Shown here: positions 34,372 through 42,154 of the stretch, piece after piece
Layout: every line of letters starts with the position of its first letter
Position numbering within the stretch: the stretch's first letter is position 1
Source of the DNA: an uncultured Clostridia bacterium
GTDB taxonomy: Bacteria > Bacillota > Clostridia > Oscillospirales > Oscillospiraceae
DNA length: 48,376 bases
NCBI GenBank assembly: GCA_937907975.1
Contig: CALEQS010000296.1
Span: 1-48,376 of the forward strand
Reading direction: 5' to 3'
Translations under genes and position numbers: made by a program
Notes under the pieces: model-generated
What the model saw: the letters and a program-made list of their open reading frames with translations, nothing else
Database searches by the model: none
Told to the model about the DNA's origin: nothing

Positions 34372-35358
34372 TTACGCGACGCGGACCCGGGGATCCACCA
34401 CAGCGTAGAGGATGTCCGAGATCAGGTTGCCGGCCAGGGTCAGGATGGCCAGGAACGTCATATAGAACATGGAAAACGGAATGTCGCCGGCGACCATGGC
34501 CTGATAGGAAGTGTAGCCGATGCCGGGGATCATATACAGGGTCTCCGTGATCAGCGCGCCGGAGAACAGGCCGGGCAGTGAGCCGCCCACGATGGTGACC
34601 AGCGGGATCAGGGTGTTGCGGAAAGCGTGGTGATAGATGACCTTGCGCTCGCTCAGGCCCTTGGCCCGGGCGGTGCGGATATAGTCGGAGTTCAGCACCT
34701 CCAGCATATTGGTGCGGGTGTAGCGCATCAGCGAACCGACGGAGACAATGACCAGCGTGACGATAGGCAGCACCAGGTGGTGGGCCTTATCCCAGAACTG
34801 GCCTGCGGCGGAGAGCTGCGCGTAGTCGCGGCCCACCAGGCCGTAGAGGTCAAACCAGCCCAGCTTCACGGAAAACACCAGCTTCAGCAGGGTGGCGAAG
34901 AAGAAGGTGGGCAGCGAGATGCCGACCAGAGCGCCGGCAGTGATGGCGTAGTCCGCGCGGGAATACTGCTTCGTGGCGGCAATGACGCCCAGAGGGATGG
35001 CGATGACGAGCTCCAGCACCAGAGAGATGGCACCCATGATGAAGGAGACCCAGATCACGTCGTTGAACTTCTGGAGCACGGGCACGGTGAACTTCCAGCT
35101 GTCGCCGAAGTTGCCGCGCACGGCGTCGCCCAGCCAGGTAAAGAAGCCCATCACAATGTTCTTGTCCAAGCCATACTGGGCATTGAGCTGCGCGATCCAC
35201 TCTTCATAGGACTTTGCGCCCGGTGCCATGGACAGCTGCTGGGCCATGTTCTCCACATAGGAGGACGGGAGACAGCGCAGCAGCGCATAGATGATAAAAG
35301 CGACAAAGAATAGAATGAAGATGGACATAATGATTCGCTTGATGATGAATTTTCGCAT
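34372..35358 (-). CDS. oppB: OppB-type ABC permease (328 aa)
   Basis: ORF 34372..35607 trimmed to ATG 35358, preceded by GGGGAGG. It has MRKFIIKRIIMSIFILFF... and the EAA-type loop YIRTARAKGLSERKVIYHHAFRN. Confidence 0.9.
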   Translation of the reverse strand: MRKFIIKRIIMSIFILFFVAFIIYALLRCLPSSYVENMAQQLSMAPGAKSYEEWIAQLNAQYGLDKNIVMGFFTWLGDAVRGNFGDSWKFTVPVLQKFNDVIWVSFIMGAISLVLELVIAIPLGVIAATKQYSRADYAITAGALVGISLPTFFFATLLKLVFSVKLGWFDLYGLVGRDYAQLSAAGQFWDKAHHLVLPIVTLVIVSVGSLMRYTRTNMLEVLNSDYIRTARAKGLSERKVIYHHAFRNTLIPLVTIVGGSLPGLFSGALITETLYMIPGIGYTSYQAMVAGDIPFSMFYMTFLAILTLAGNLISDILYAVVDPRVRVA

Positions 35359-35384
35359 TCGGGTCCTCCCCTTTTTTCTCTGCT

Positions 35385-35580
35385 CCGCACCGGCGAGACG
35401 AAACGCCGGGCGTGCGGACTGTGAACTTACAAAGCCTTTGCCTGTAAGCACAAGGAGCCGTTCCGTCGTGGGAGCGGCTCCTTGCGCCTGCAGAAAGCGG
35501 CGCACCGCATGGCCGGACAGATCAGCCATGCGGTCACCCCGCATCCGCGCCCCCGCCGGAGCGGGGACGCGGGTCGGCGT
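35385..35580 (-). other. Cluster of GC-rich stem-loops in the 278-nt oppA-oppB spacer
   Basis: Stems were read directly from the forward strand. They are CCGCACCGGCG...CGCCGGGCGTGCGG (35385-35417) and CTTACA/TGTAAG (35425-35448). Further stems are CAAGGAGCCG/CGGCTCCTTG (35451-35484), CCGCATGGC/GCCATGCGG (35505-35533) and CCCCGC/GCGGGG (35537-35566). None has a T-run. Confidence 0.6.
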
Positions 35581-35636
35581 CAGCAGGTCATGCCTGCCTG
35601 AAACCAAATAAGATCAGCGCAGTGGATCGGGATGAA

Positions 35637-37919
35637 TCACTTCATCACGATGTTCTGGGCCTCGCTCTTCCAACCCCAGTAAGGAGTCATGTCGGAAGGC
35701 AGGGAGCTGATGTCCACGCGCTCGGAGGAGACCACATAGGCCTCGCTGCGCTGATAGACGGGCAGCTCAACGCCCCAGTCCATGATGATCTCCATGGCTG
35801 CCTTGTACAGGCCCTTACGATAGCTCTGATCGTCGGACTGACGGGCGGTCATGATGTACTCATCCAGGTCGGGATCGTTGATCTGATAGTAGTTGGTGGA
35901 ACCCTGGCTGTGGTAGAGCTGATACATATCGGGATCAGCGGTAGCCTGCCAGGCGGCGCACCACATCTCAGCCACGCCGGACTGATAGGAGGCGTACAGC
36001 TCGGAAGCGTTGGCCAGATCGTTCACGGTCAAGGTGAAGCCGATCTTGGCAAAGGCGTCAGCAGCGTTCTTGAGGATCAGGAAGGTGGGGTGGTCGCCCT
36101 GACCGCCGCCGCCGATGTTGACCATGTACTCCAGCTTGGCGCCCTCGGGAGCGGCAGTCAGCTTGCCGTCGGTGACGGTGTAGCCGGCGGCCTCAAAGTA
36201 ACCCAGCGCGGCCTGCAGAGCGGCGTCGTACTTCTCCTCAGTGGTCATGCCACTGGTGTAGATGTCATTGCCGTTCACGTCCACGGAGTAAGCCACCTTG
36301 TAACCGGAGTCGGTCACGCGGGGGGCAGCCCAGGAGGTGTTGGAGATGGGATAGTTGATGACGTCGGCAGTCTCGCCATAGTAGGAGTCGATGCCCTCGT
36401 CACGATAGGCGGCGATCACGGTGGCGATGGCCTTGCGCAGGTCCTTGGACGCGTCGGAAGCGGGGTCGTTGCCCACCTTGACGTTGTTGGCGGCGATGCC
36501 GATGTAGCCATAGCCGCGGTAGTCGACCAGCTCAGTGGTCATGACGGGGCCGGCCAGCTCGTCGGTGCCGTTGTACTCAGCGATCTGCTGAGCGACCTGC
36601 TTGGAGTAGGAGGGGTTGGCGATGTCCAGCGTGCCGGACTGAATGCCGGTCAGCATATCGGCCTCCTGGGTCTCCTTCAGGTTGATGTGAGCGGTCTTGG
36701 GCTCACCCTCGAAGTAGGAGGGGTTGGCATCCAGATAGACAGTGCCGTCGGAGAAGCTGTTGAAGGTGTAAGCGCCGCCGCCCAGAGGATCGGTGGTCTT
36801 GGAGCGGACGATGGACAGGTCGCCCTTGGGGAAGCCGAAGGAGTTGTTGTCATAATCATACAGGGACACGTCGCCATAGTAGTGCAGAGGGGCGACGGGA
36901 ATGCCCAGCTGATAGATGAAGGTGGCGTCAAGCTCGCTGGTGGTCACGGTCATGCTGTAATCGCCGGTGCGGACAATGCCCGCGATGTTGGGGGCGGATT
37001 CGCCGGTGGCCACGTTGGTGGTGGAGTAGTTGTAGACGTCCTCTGGGATCAGGTCGGACAGGGCAGAACCGGCGCTCTCAGCCTCCATGGCGGAGAAGTT
37101 CCAGTCGTACTGCTCACCGATGGCCATGGCAAAGTCCTTGACGGTGGCATTGGCATCCAGATCGAAGCCCCACTGAGCGGCGGCATCAGCCACACTCAGG
37201 TCGTCGCTCTCGGCAGCCTGCTTGACATAGTCAACGATCTCCTGGGCAAAGGTGACCAGGCCATCGTTCACGGCGTTCCAGAAAGCAGTCTGCTGCTCCT
37301 CGGTCACCAGGGAGAAGTCAGTGTTGTCCTCACCCAGGGAGGCCAGCAGGGCGCTCAGGGTGGTGTTGTTCTGACGATACTCATCCAGGCCGACGATGGG
37401 GCAGGAGTACATGGTGGTGGAACCGTCATAGGTGGGATCGTTGAAGACGTACATGGAGAAGATGACGTCATCGATGGTGACAGGCTCACCGTCGGAGAAC
37501 TTCAGATCATCGCGGATGGTCACGTTGTAGTCAACGGTGCCGTCGTCGTTGTGGACGATGTCAATGTCGGAGATTCCCTTGTAGGTGTAGTCGGTGCCGT
37601 TGTAGGTGCGGGTCTCGCCCTCGATGCTCTTCAGCACGGGGGAACCCTCGCGGTCAGAGACCAGCAGGGCCAGCTGGGTCAGGTCGACCACATCCTGGTC
37701 ATCGGCGCAGGCGGCAAAGAAGGGAGAGAACTTCGATTCAAAGCCGGTCGCGGCCGCCACCAGAGTGTTGGCAGCGTGCTCACCGCCGCCGTTGCCGGCA
37801 GTGCCGGAAGCAGCGCCGGAGCTGGACGCAGCAGGCGCGCTGGAGCCGCCGCAGGCAGCCAGGGCGAGAACCATGGCCAGAGCCAGAAGCAGAGCCAGCA
37901 GTTTCTTGGCGTGTTTCAT
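35637..37919 (-). CDS. oppA: Family-5 (OppA/DppA-type) solute-binding lipoprotein, unusually large (760 aa)
   Basis: ORF 35637..38069 trimmed to ATG 37919, preceded by GAGGAGGAA. The signal and lipobox are [26 protein letters not shown] Ser/Gly/Ala linker follows, then an SBP_bac_5-like body. Confidence 0.85.
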   Translation of the reverse strand: MKHAKKLLALLLALAMVLALAACGGSSAPAASSSGAASGTAGNGGGEHAANTLVAAATGFESKFSPFFAACADDQDVVDLTQLALLVSDREGSPVLKSIEGETRTYNGTDYTYKGISDIDIVHNDDGTVDYNVTIRDDLKFSDGEPVTIDDVIFSMYVFNDPTYDGSTTMYSCPIVGLDEYRQNNTTLSALLASLGEDNTDFSLVTEEQQTAFWNAVNDGLVTFAQEIVDYVKQAAESDDLSVADAAAQWGFDLDANATVKDFAMAIGEQYDWNFSAMEAESAGSALSDLIPEDVYNYSTTNVATGESAPNIAGIVRTGDYSMTVTTSELDATFIYQLGIPVAPLHYYGDVSLYDYDNNSFGFPKGDLSIVRSKTTDPLGGGAYTFNSFSDGTVYLDANPSYFEGEPKTAHINLKETQEADMLTGIQSGTLDIANPSYSKQVAQQIAEYNGTDELAGPVMTTELVDYRGYGYIGIAANNVKVGNDPASDASKDLRKAIATVIAAYRDEGIDSYYGETADVINYPISNTSWAAPRVTDSGYKVAYSVDVNGNDIYTSGMTTEEKYDAALQAALGYFEAAGYTVTDGKLTAAPEGAKLEYMVNIGGGGQGDHPTFLILKNAADAFAKIGFTLTVNDLANASELYASYQSGVAEMWCAAWQATADPDMYQLYHSQGSTNYYQINDPDLDEYIMTARQSDDQSYRKGLYKAAMEIIMDWGVELPVYQRSEAYVVSSERVDISSLPSDMTPYWGWKSEAQNIVMK

Positions 37920-37972
37920 TTTGCATTTTCCTCCTCGAAATAGTTCAGAATCGGGCCGTATCGAGCGGTATT

Positions 37973-38019
37973 GCAGCATATTATGCTTCATATGCTGCAC
38001 AGAAGGGGGCCCCCTTCTG
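37973..38019 (-). other. Two adjacent hairpins in the oppA 5' leader
   Basis: The first is GCAGCATAT/ATATGCTGC (37973-37998). The second is the perfect 20-nt palindrome CAGAAGGGGGCCCCCTTCTG (38000-38019). Both lie between the predicted promoter and the RBS. Confidence 0.5.
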
Positions 38020-38079
38020 CCTCTGTCCACCACCGTCAATGCGGCCAATCTTGGGGACGGCGATTCCAAATTGTATTTG

Positions 38080-38109
38080 ATTATATTCCATTCGGAGGTG
38101 TCTTGTCAA
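38080..38109 (-). promoter_or_regulatory. Strong sigma-70-type promoter for oppA
   Basis: The minus strand reads TTGACA (forward 38104-38109), an 18-nt spacer, then TATAAT (forward 38080-38085). Both hexamers are consensus. Confidence 0.6.
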
Positions 38110-38154
38110 TTCATGCCCCGGATTTTTCCACATCTTTGTGCAGCATGACGACTT

Positions 38155-38682
38155 TTACGCCCATTCCAGCCCTTTGACCGTCTGACCGAGAACAACAGAT
38201 GCTGCCCCGGCCAGTGCGTCAAGGGCGATCAGTGCAATGGCAAATGGGACTGCACCCTCGAAATTCGGTGCATAAATATTTGCAATTTCCGCCACGATCG
38301 ACGCAAATGCAAGAATACACGTCGCGATTCCCGTCACTGGCAGGCGGGGAACGCTGGCTTTCCAGACATAGTCACGCACCGGGTCCCCCCCATCGGTCAG
38401 CTTGTACAAAAACCATCCCTGAACACCGGAGGAGATGAGCATGAGCACATAGGGGAGGAGTGCCCAAACCCGGCGCTCCATTCCGGTGTGAGGGATGCAC
38501 CCGGCGGCCACCGCCGCGCCTATGGCGGCAATGGCGCACAGCCAGAGCTTCAGAAGCGTTTTCCCCCGCGGCACCTCCCATGCATGGGTCTGACCGCTGT
38601 AAATATACTCCCCAGCCACATTCTGGTGAAAATCCTCCAGATAAGCCTGGCGGCCCCGGCGTTTCTTCTTCTCGTCTGCCAT
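38155..38682 (-). CDS. Hypothetical multi-pass membrane protein (175 aa), coupled to pepF
   Basis: ATG 38682 lies 1 nt after the pepF TGA. About four hydrophobic segments follow a basic N-terminus, MADEKKKRRGRQ. I recognise no family. Confidence 0.55.
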   Translation of the reverse strand: MADEKKKRRGRQAYLEDFHQNVAGEYIYSGQTHAWEVPRGKTLLKLWLCAIAAIGAAVAAGCIPHTGMERRVWALLPYVLMLISSGVQGWFLYKLTDGGDPVRDYVWKASVPRLPVTGIATCILAFASIVAEIANIYAPNFEGAVPFAIALIALDALAGAASVVLGQTVKGLEWA

Positions 38683-38683
38683 G

Positions 38684-40387
38684 TCACTCGACCCCCGTCA
38701 TGTCAACGCCGGCCAGCCACTTGCTGGCAGTCTCACACACGCCGCGCAGGCACTTCTCGTCAAAGGGGCTCTCCAGACCGGCGTTCTTCAGCAGCTCAGT
38801 GAAGGTACGGCTGCCGCCCTGGCGGGCATAGGCCATATAGTGTTCCCATGCGTCCTTCTGATCCTTCTGGAGCAGGGCCCAGATCTGGAGCGCGACGGTC
38901 TGAGCAAGGCAGTAGTCGATGTAGTAGAAGGGGCTGGAGTAGATGTGATGCTGGCGCTGCCAGCCTTCACCCTCTGCATAGAAGGGAATGTCGCCGTCCA
39001 GCTTCTGCCATGGCATATAGATGCCCAGCAGGCGTTTCCACTCAGCATGGCGCTGGGCAGGCGTCAGCTCGGGATGCTCGTAGACGATGTGCTGGAAGTG
39101 GTCCACCATGGTGCCATAGGGGATGAAGGTCAGTGCCGCAGCCAGATGGCTGTAATGGAATTTGCGCACATCCCTGCCGAAGAAGCCCTCGCTCCACGGC
39201 CAGGCCATAAACTCCATGGACATGGAGTGCACCTCGCAGCCCTCCATGCTGGGCCAGCCGGTGCTCATCGGGATGCGGTCCCGGTTGATATAGGCCGCAA
39301 AGGCGTGGCCGGCCTCGTGAGTGACCACTTCCACATCGCCCTGGGTGCCGTTGAAGTTGGCGAAGATGAAGGGGACGCCGTAGTCGGGGATGCTGGTGCA
39401 GTAGCCGCCGCCCTCTTTGCCCTCGGTGGACAGCACGTCCAGCAGCTCGTTGTCCATCATCATGTTGAAGAACTCGCCGGTCTCGGGAGACAGCTCGTTG
39501 TAGAACTTCCGGCCCTGCTCCAGGATCTGCTCGGGCGTGCCCACGGGGCGGGGGTTGCCGGAGCGGAACTCCAGCGCGTTGTCGGCAAAGCTCATGGGAT
39601 ACTGCTTGCCCAGCCGCTTGGCCTGTTCCCGGTAAATGCCGTCGGCCACCGGGACCAGATACTTCTGCACGGGCAATCGGAACCGCTCCACATCCTCCTT
39701 GGTGTAGCAGTTGCGGCCCATGCGGTAATAGCCCAGGGTGGTGTAGCCCTCATAGCCCAGCTTTCTGCCCATGGTGTCCCGCAGATGGACGAGCCGGTCG
39801 TAGATGCCGTCCAGCTTGTCCTGATTGTCCTTGTACCACTGGCCCTCGGCCTTCCAGGCCTCCAGACGGCGCGCGTCGTCCGGGTCGGACTTGAAGGGGG
39901 GCATTTGGGAGATGGTGTAGACGCCGCCCTCGAAGGGGATCTGGGCAGAGGCCAGCAGTTTTTCATACTCCTGTGCCAGCTCATTCTCCTGCTGGAGCTC
40001 GGGGATGATCTCAGGAGAGAAGGTCTTGAGCTCGATCTCGGCATTCACGAACATCAGCTCGCCGAACTCGGCGGCAAACTGCGCCCGGAATGCGCCGTCC
40101 AGCATGGCCTGGGTCCAGGCCTGAGTGTACTCCTGCAGCTCCGGCTCACCGGCATTCCAGAATTTTGCCTCGGCATCATAGAAGGCATCCCGGGTGTCGA
40201 TGCTGTGGCGGATATGGGCGAGGGTGGACAGGGTCTGGACGTGCTTGTCCAGCTCCTCCTTCTCCAAAAATACGGCGCGGGCCTCCTCATAGCTCCCCGC
40301 CGCCTTCAGCCGCTCGGTCAGGGCGCTGTACTGTTTCTTGACCGCGTCCAGATCCGGACGCTCATAGGGCATTTCAGAAAATTTCAT
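38684..40387 (-). CDS. pepF: M3-family oligoendopeptidase (PepF-like, 567 aa)
   Basis: RBS GGAGGAAAC. The zinc motif THEAGHAF (HExxH) sits in an M3B-like context. Confidence 0.85.
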   Translation of the reverse strand: MKFSEMPYERPDLDAVKKQYSALTERLKAAGSYEEARAVFLEKEELDKHVQTLSTLAHIRHSIDTRDAFYDAEAKFWNAGEPELQEYTQAWTQAMLDGAFRAQFAAEFGELMFVNAEIELKTFSPEIIPELQQENELAQEYEKLLASAQIPFEGGVYTISQMPPFKSDPDDARRLEAWKAEGQWYKDNQDKLDGIYDRLVHLRDTMGRKLGYEGYTTLGYYRMGRNCYTKEDVERFRLPVQKYLVPVADGIYREQAKRLGKQYPMSFADNALEFRSGNPRPVGTPEQILEQGRKFYNELSPETGEFFNMMMDNELLDVLSTEGKEGGGYCTSIPDYGVPFIFANFNGTQGDVEVVTHEAGHAFAAYINRDRIPMSTGWPSMEGCEVHSMSMEFMAWPWSEGFFGRDVRKFHYSHLAAALTFIPYGTMVDHFQHIVYEHPELTPAQRHAEWKRLLGIYMPWQKLDGDIPFYAEGEGWQRQHHIYSSPFYYIDYCLAQTVALQIWALLQKDQKDAWEHYMAYARQGGSRTFTELLKNAGLESPFDEKCLRGVCETASKWLAGVDMTGVE

Positions 40388-40469
40388 GTTTCCTCCGCCT
40401 TTCTTCTTTATACATTTAAATATATGCAGTCCTAAACTTCAAAATTGCAGCGTACTGATCCAAAGTGGG

Positions 40470-41336
40470 TCAATCCAGCACCTGCACTGCGGCGCCCAGC
40501 ACGCCGTCGCCGATGTAAACGCTGAGGGTGGCATCGATCTCGCCCTCCCGAACCAGCTCATAATCGGGCAGAGCCGCCGTCAGCTTCTCCCGCACCAGCG
40601 CCATGCCCTCGGGGTCACCGCCATTGGCCACAGCAAGATTGTAGCGCTTATGCTCACCGCAGGCCGTTTTGACCAGCTCCACCAGCTTGTCGATGACCTG
40701 TCCCCTGCCCCGCACCTTGGCGGCGGACTGAAGCTGGCCGTCGGGGGCGAAGGTCAGAATAGGCTTGATCTTCAGCAGCGTGCCCGCCGCCGCAGTCACC
40801 TTGCCGATGCGGCCGCCCTTCTTCAGATATTCCAGCGTATCCACGGAAAAGAAGGGGTACACCCGCCCCAGCAGGTCAGGCACCCGGCGCTCGGTCAGCT
40901 CCTCCCAGCTCATGCCGGAGCGGATGTTCTCTGCCAGCTGGAGCACGGTCATGCCCTGGCCGAGGGAACCGCTCTTGGAGTCGTAGACCCGCACATCGAG
41001 CACGTCCTTCACATCTTCCGCGCACAGGCGCATCAGATTGTAAGTGCCAGACAGGCCGCTGGAGAACATGATGGCAATGGCGCCGTCATACCCCTCCTCC
41101 ACAAGTCTGCGCAGTACCCGCTCCATGTCTTCACCGGTGGGCAGACTGGTCTTGGGCAGCTCTCCGGCGTGGAGCCGGGTATAGATGTTGGCGGCGGAGA
41201 TGTCCACGCCGTCAGAAAATTCCCCGTCCACGCAGCTGATGCGCAGGGGGATCACATGAATGTCGTTTTCTTCGATCAGTTCCCGGGACAGATCCGCGCA
41301 GGAATCCGTCACCAGAGCAATTTTCTTTGGTGCCAT
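40470..41336 (-). CDS. DegV-family fatty-acid-binding protein (288 aa)
   Basis: RBS AAGGAAGG. The sequence KIALVTDSCADLS...IHVIPLRI...DG is typical of DegV. Confidence 0.85.
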   Translation of the reverse strand: MAPKKIALVTDSCADLSRELIEENDIHVIPLRISCVDGEFSDGVDISAANIYTRLHAGELPKTSLPTGEDMERVLRRLVEEGYDGAIAIMFSSGLSGTYNLMRLCAEDVKDVLDVRVYDSKSGSLGQGMTVLQLAENIRSGMSWEELTERRVPDLLGRVYPFFSVDTLEYLKKGGRIGKVTAAAGTLLKIKPILTFAPDGQLQSAAKVRGRGQVIDKLVELVKTACGEHKRYNLAVANGGDPEGMALVREKLTAALPDYELVREGEIDATLSVYIGDGVLGAAVQVLD

Positions 41337-41384
41337 TTGTGCCTTCCTTTTCCCATTTTATTCAGTGTCGTATTTTATTATCCC

Positions 41385-41413
41385 ATAAAAGCAGGTGGGC
41401 CGCAAGGCCCACC
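41385..41413 (-). terminator. Rho-independent terminator after the 41443..42057 gene
   Basis: The stem is GGTGGGCC / GGCCCACC with loop GCAA. It is followed by TGCTTTTAT on the minus strand. Confidence 0.7.
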
Positions 41414-41442
41414 CAAATACTGGATTATATATGAATTAAAAT

Positions 41443-42057
41443 TCACTCCGACACATGGTAGAGAATGAGTCCGCCCCGCTCCTCGCACCCGGTGTTCCAG
41501 AGCATATCCAGACTGAGCCACTCGGACGCGCCGTAGGTGGTCGCCTGAACGCAGAAGCCGTCCTCCTCGTCCGCCCAGCCTGTGAGCAGGAACCAGTGCC
41601 AAATATATTCCTTCATCGCCGGGTTCTCATGCCGGAGCATCATGCAGGGAACCGGGAATCCTGCGTTGATCTCCGAGCGGATGGCATCCGCGGCCGCCTC
41701 CACCGGCTCCAGTCCACTGAACTCCGTCATTGTGAGCCGTCTTTCGCCCAAATTGGCCAGATAATGTCCAAATCCTGCCGTAAAAAGTTCCAATTTCGGC
41801 ACACCCTGAAAGCCCGGATGGAGATAGCGCTTCATCTGCTTTGCAAATCTCTTGTAGTCCCGGCGCGTCACACAGGCCGCGTCATAGGGGTAGAGCCCGG
41901 TCAAGCCATGGTTCCGCGCCAGCGCAATGCAGCTGTCGCAGGCGCACAGCGCCGCACAGCCGCCAATACGCAGCACCGGATCCCAGAACCAGCTCTGGTT
42001 CCCGCCCGGCTTTCCATCGACGGTGAAATAATCCAATTCGCGTTTCACCCACGCCAC
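41443..42057 (-). CDS. Hypothetical protein with papain-like/BtrH-N-like features (about 200 aa)
   Basis: Intact ORF with a GTG start at 42057, or at 42048 after GAGGTGG. The motifs are GGNQSWFWDPVLRIGGCAALCACD (candidate Cys) and WHWFLLTGW (candidate His). The family call is tentative. Confidence 0.45.
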   Translation of the reverse strand: MAWVKRELDYFTVDGKPGGNQSWFWDPVLRIGGCAALCACDSCIALARNHGLTGLYPYDAACVTRRDYKRFAKQMKRYLHPGFQGVPKLELFTAGFGHYLANLGERRLTMTEFSGLEPVEAAADAIRSEINAGFPVPCMMLRHENPAMKEYIWHWFLLTGWADEEDGFCVQATTYGASEWLSLDMLWNTGCEERGGLILYHVSE

Positions 42058-42080
42058 CTCGGTTCAAAACACTGAAAGAC

Positions 42081-42110
42081 AGTGTAGCTGAATTTGTCCT
42101 GTTCTGTCAA
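42081..42110 (-). promoter_or_regulatory. Candidate promoter for the 41443..42057 gene
   Basis: The minus strand reads TTGACA (forward 42105-42110), an 18-nt spacer, then TACACT (forward 42081-42086). Confidence 0.45.
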
Positions 42111-42154
42111 TTTCTAAATTGTAAATTTTCTTCACGTTGTGAATAAACATTCAT

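Noticed and set aside
34372-35607. N-terminal extensions suggested by the ORF track. Examples are oppB 411 aa, oppA 810 aa, radical SAM 525 aa, SDR 316 aa, aroK fusion 272 aa, MocR 500 aa and C39-like 244 aa.
   Set aside because: In each case an internal ATG with a strong GGAGG-type RBS begins the recognisable conserved N-terminus or signal peptide. The upstream extension is Arg/Pro/Gly-rich read-through typical of GC-rich spacers. The ORF track also reports GTG/TTG starts as M.
35359-35636. tRNA or small RNA gene in the longest non-coding gap (278 nt).
   Set aside because: No cloverleaf or T-loop (GTTCGAATC-like) sequence is present. The region resolves into serial GC-rich hairpins on the opp mRNA strand, which is consistent with intercistronic mRNA structure.
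42122-42145. Short inverted repeat TTCACAACGTGAA just after the molybdoenzyme stop, and a CACTG/CAGTG hairpin near 42070-42085.
   Set aside because: The stems are only 5 bp with no convincing T-tract or conservation evidence. This is too weak to call a terminator or operator.
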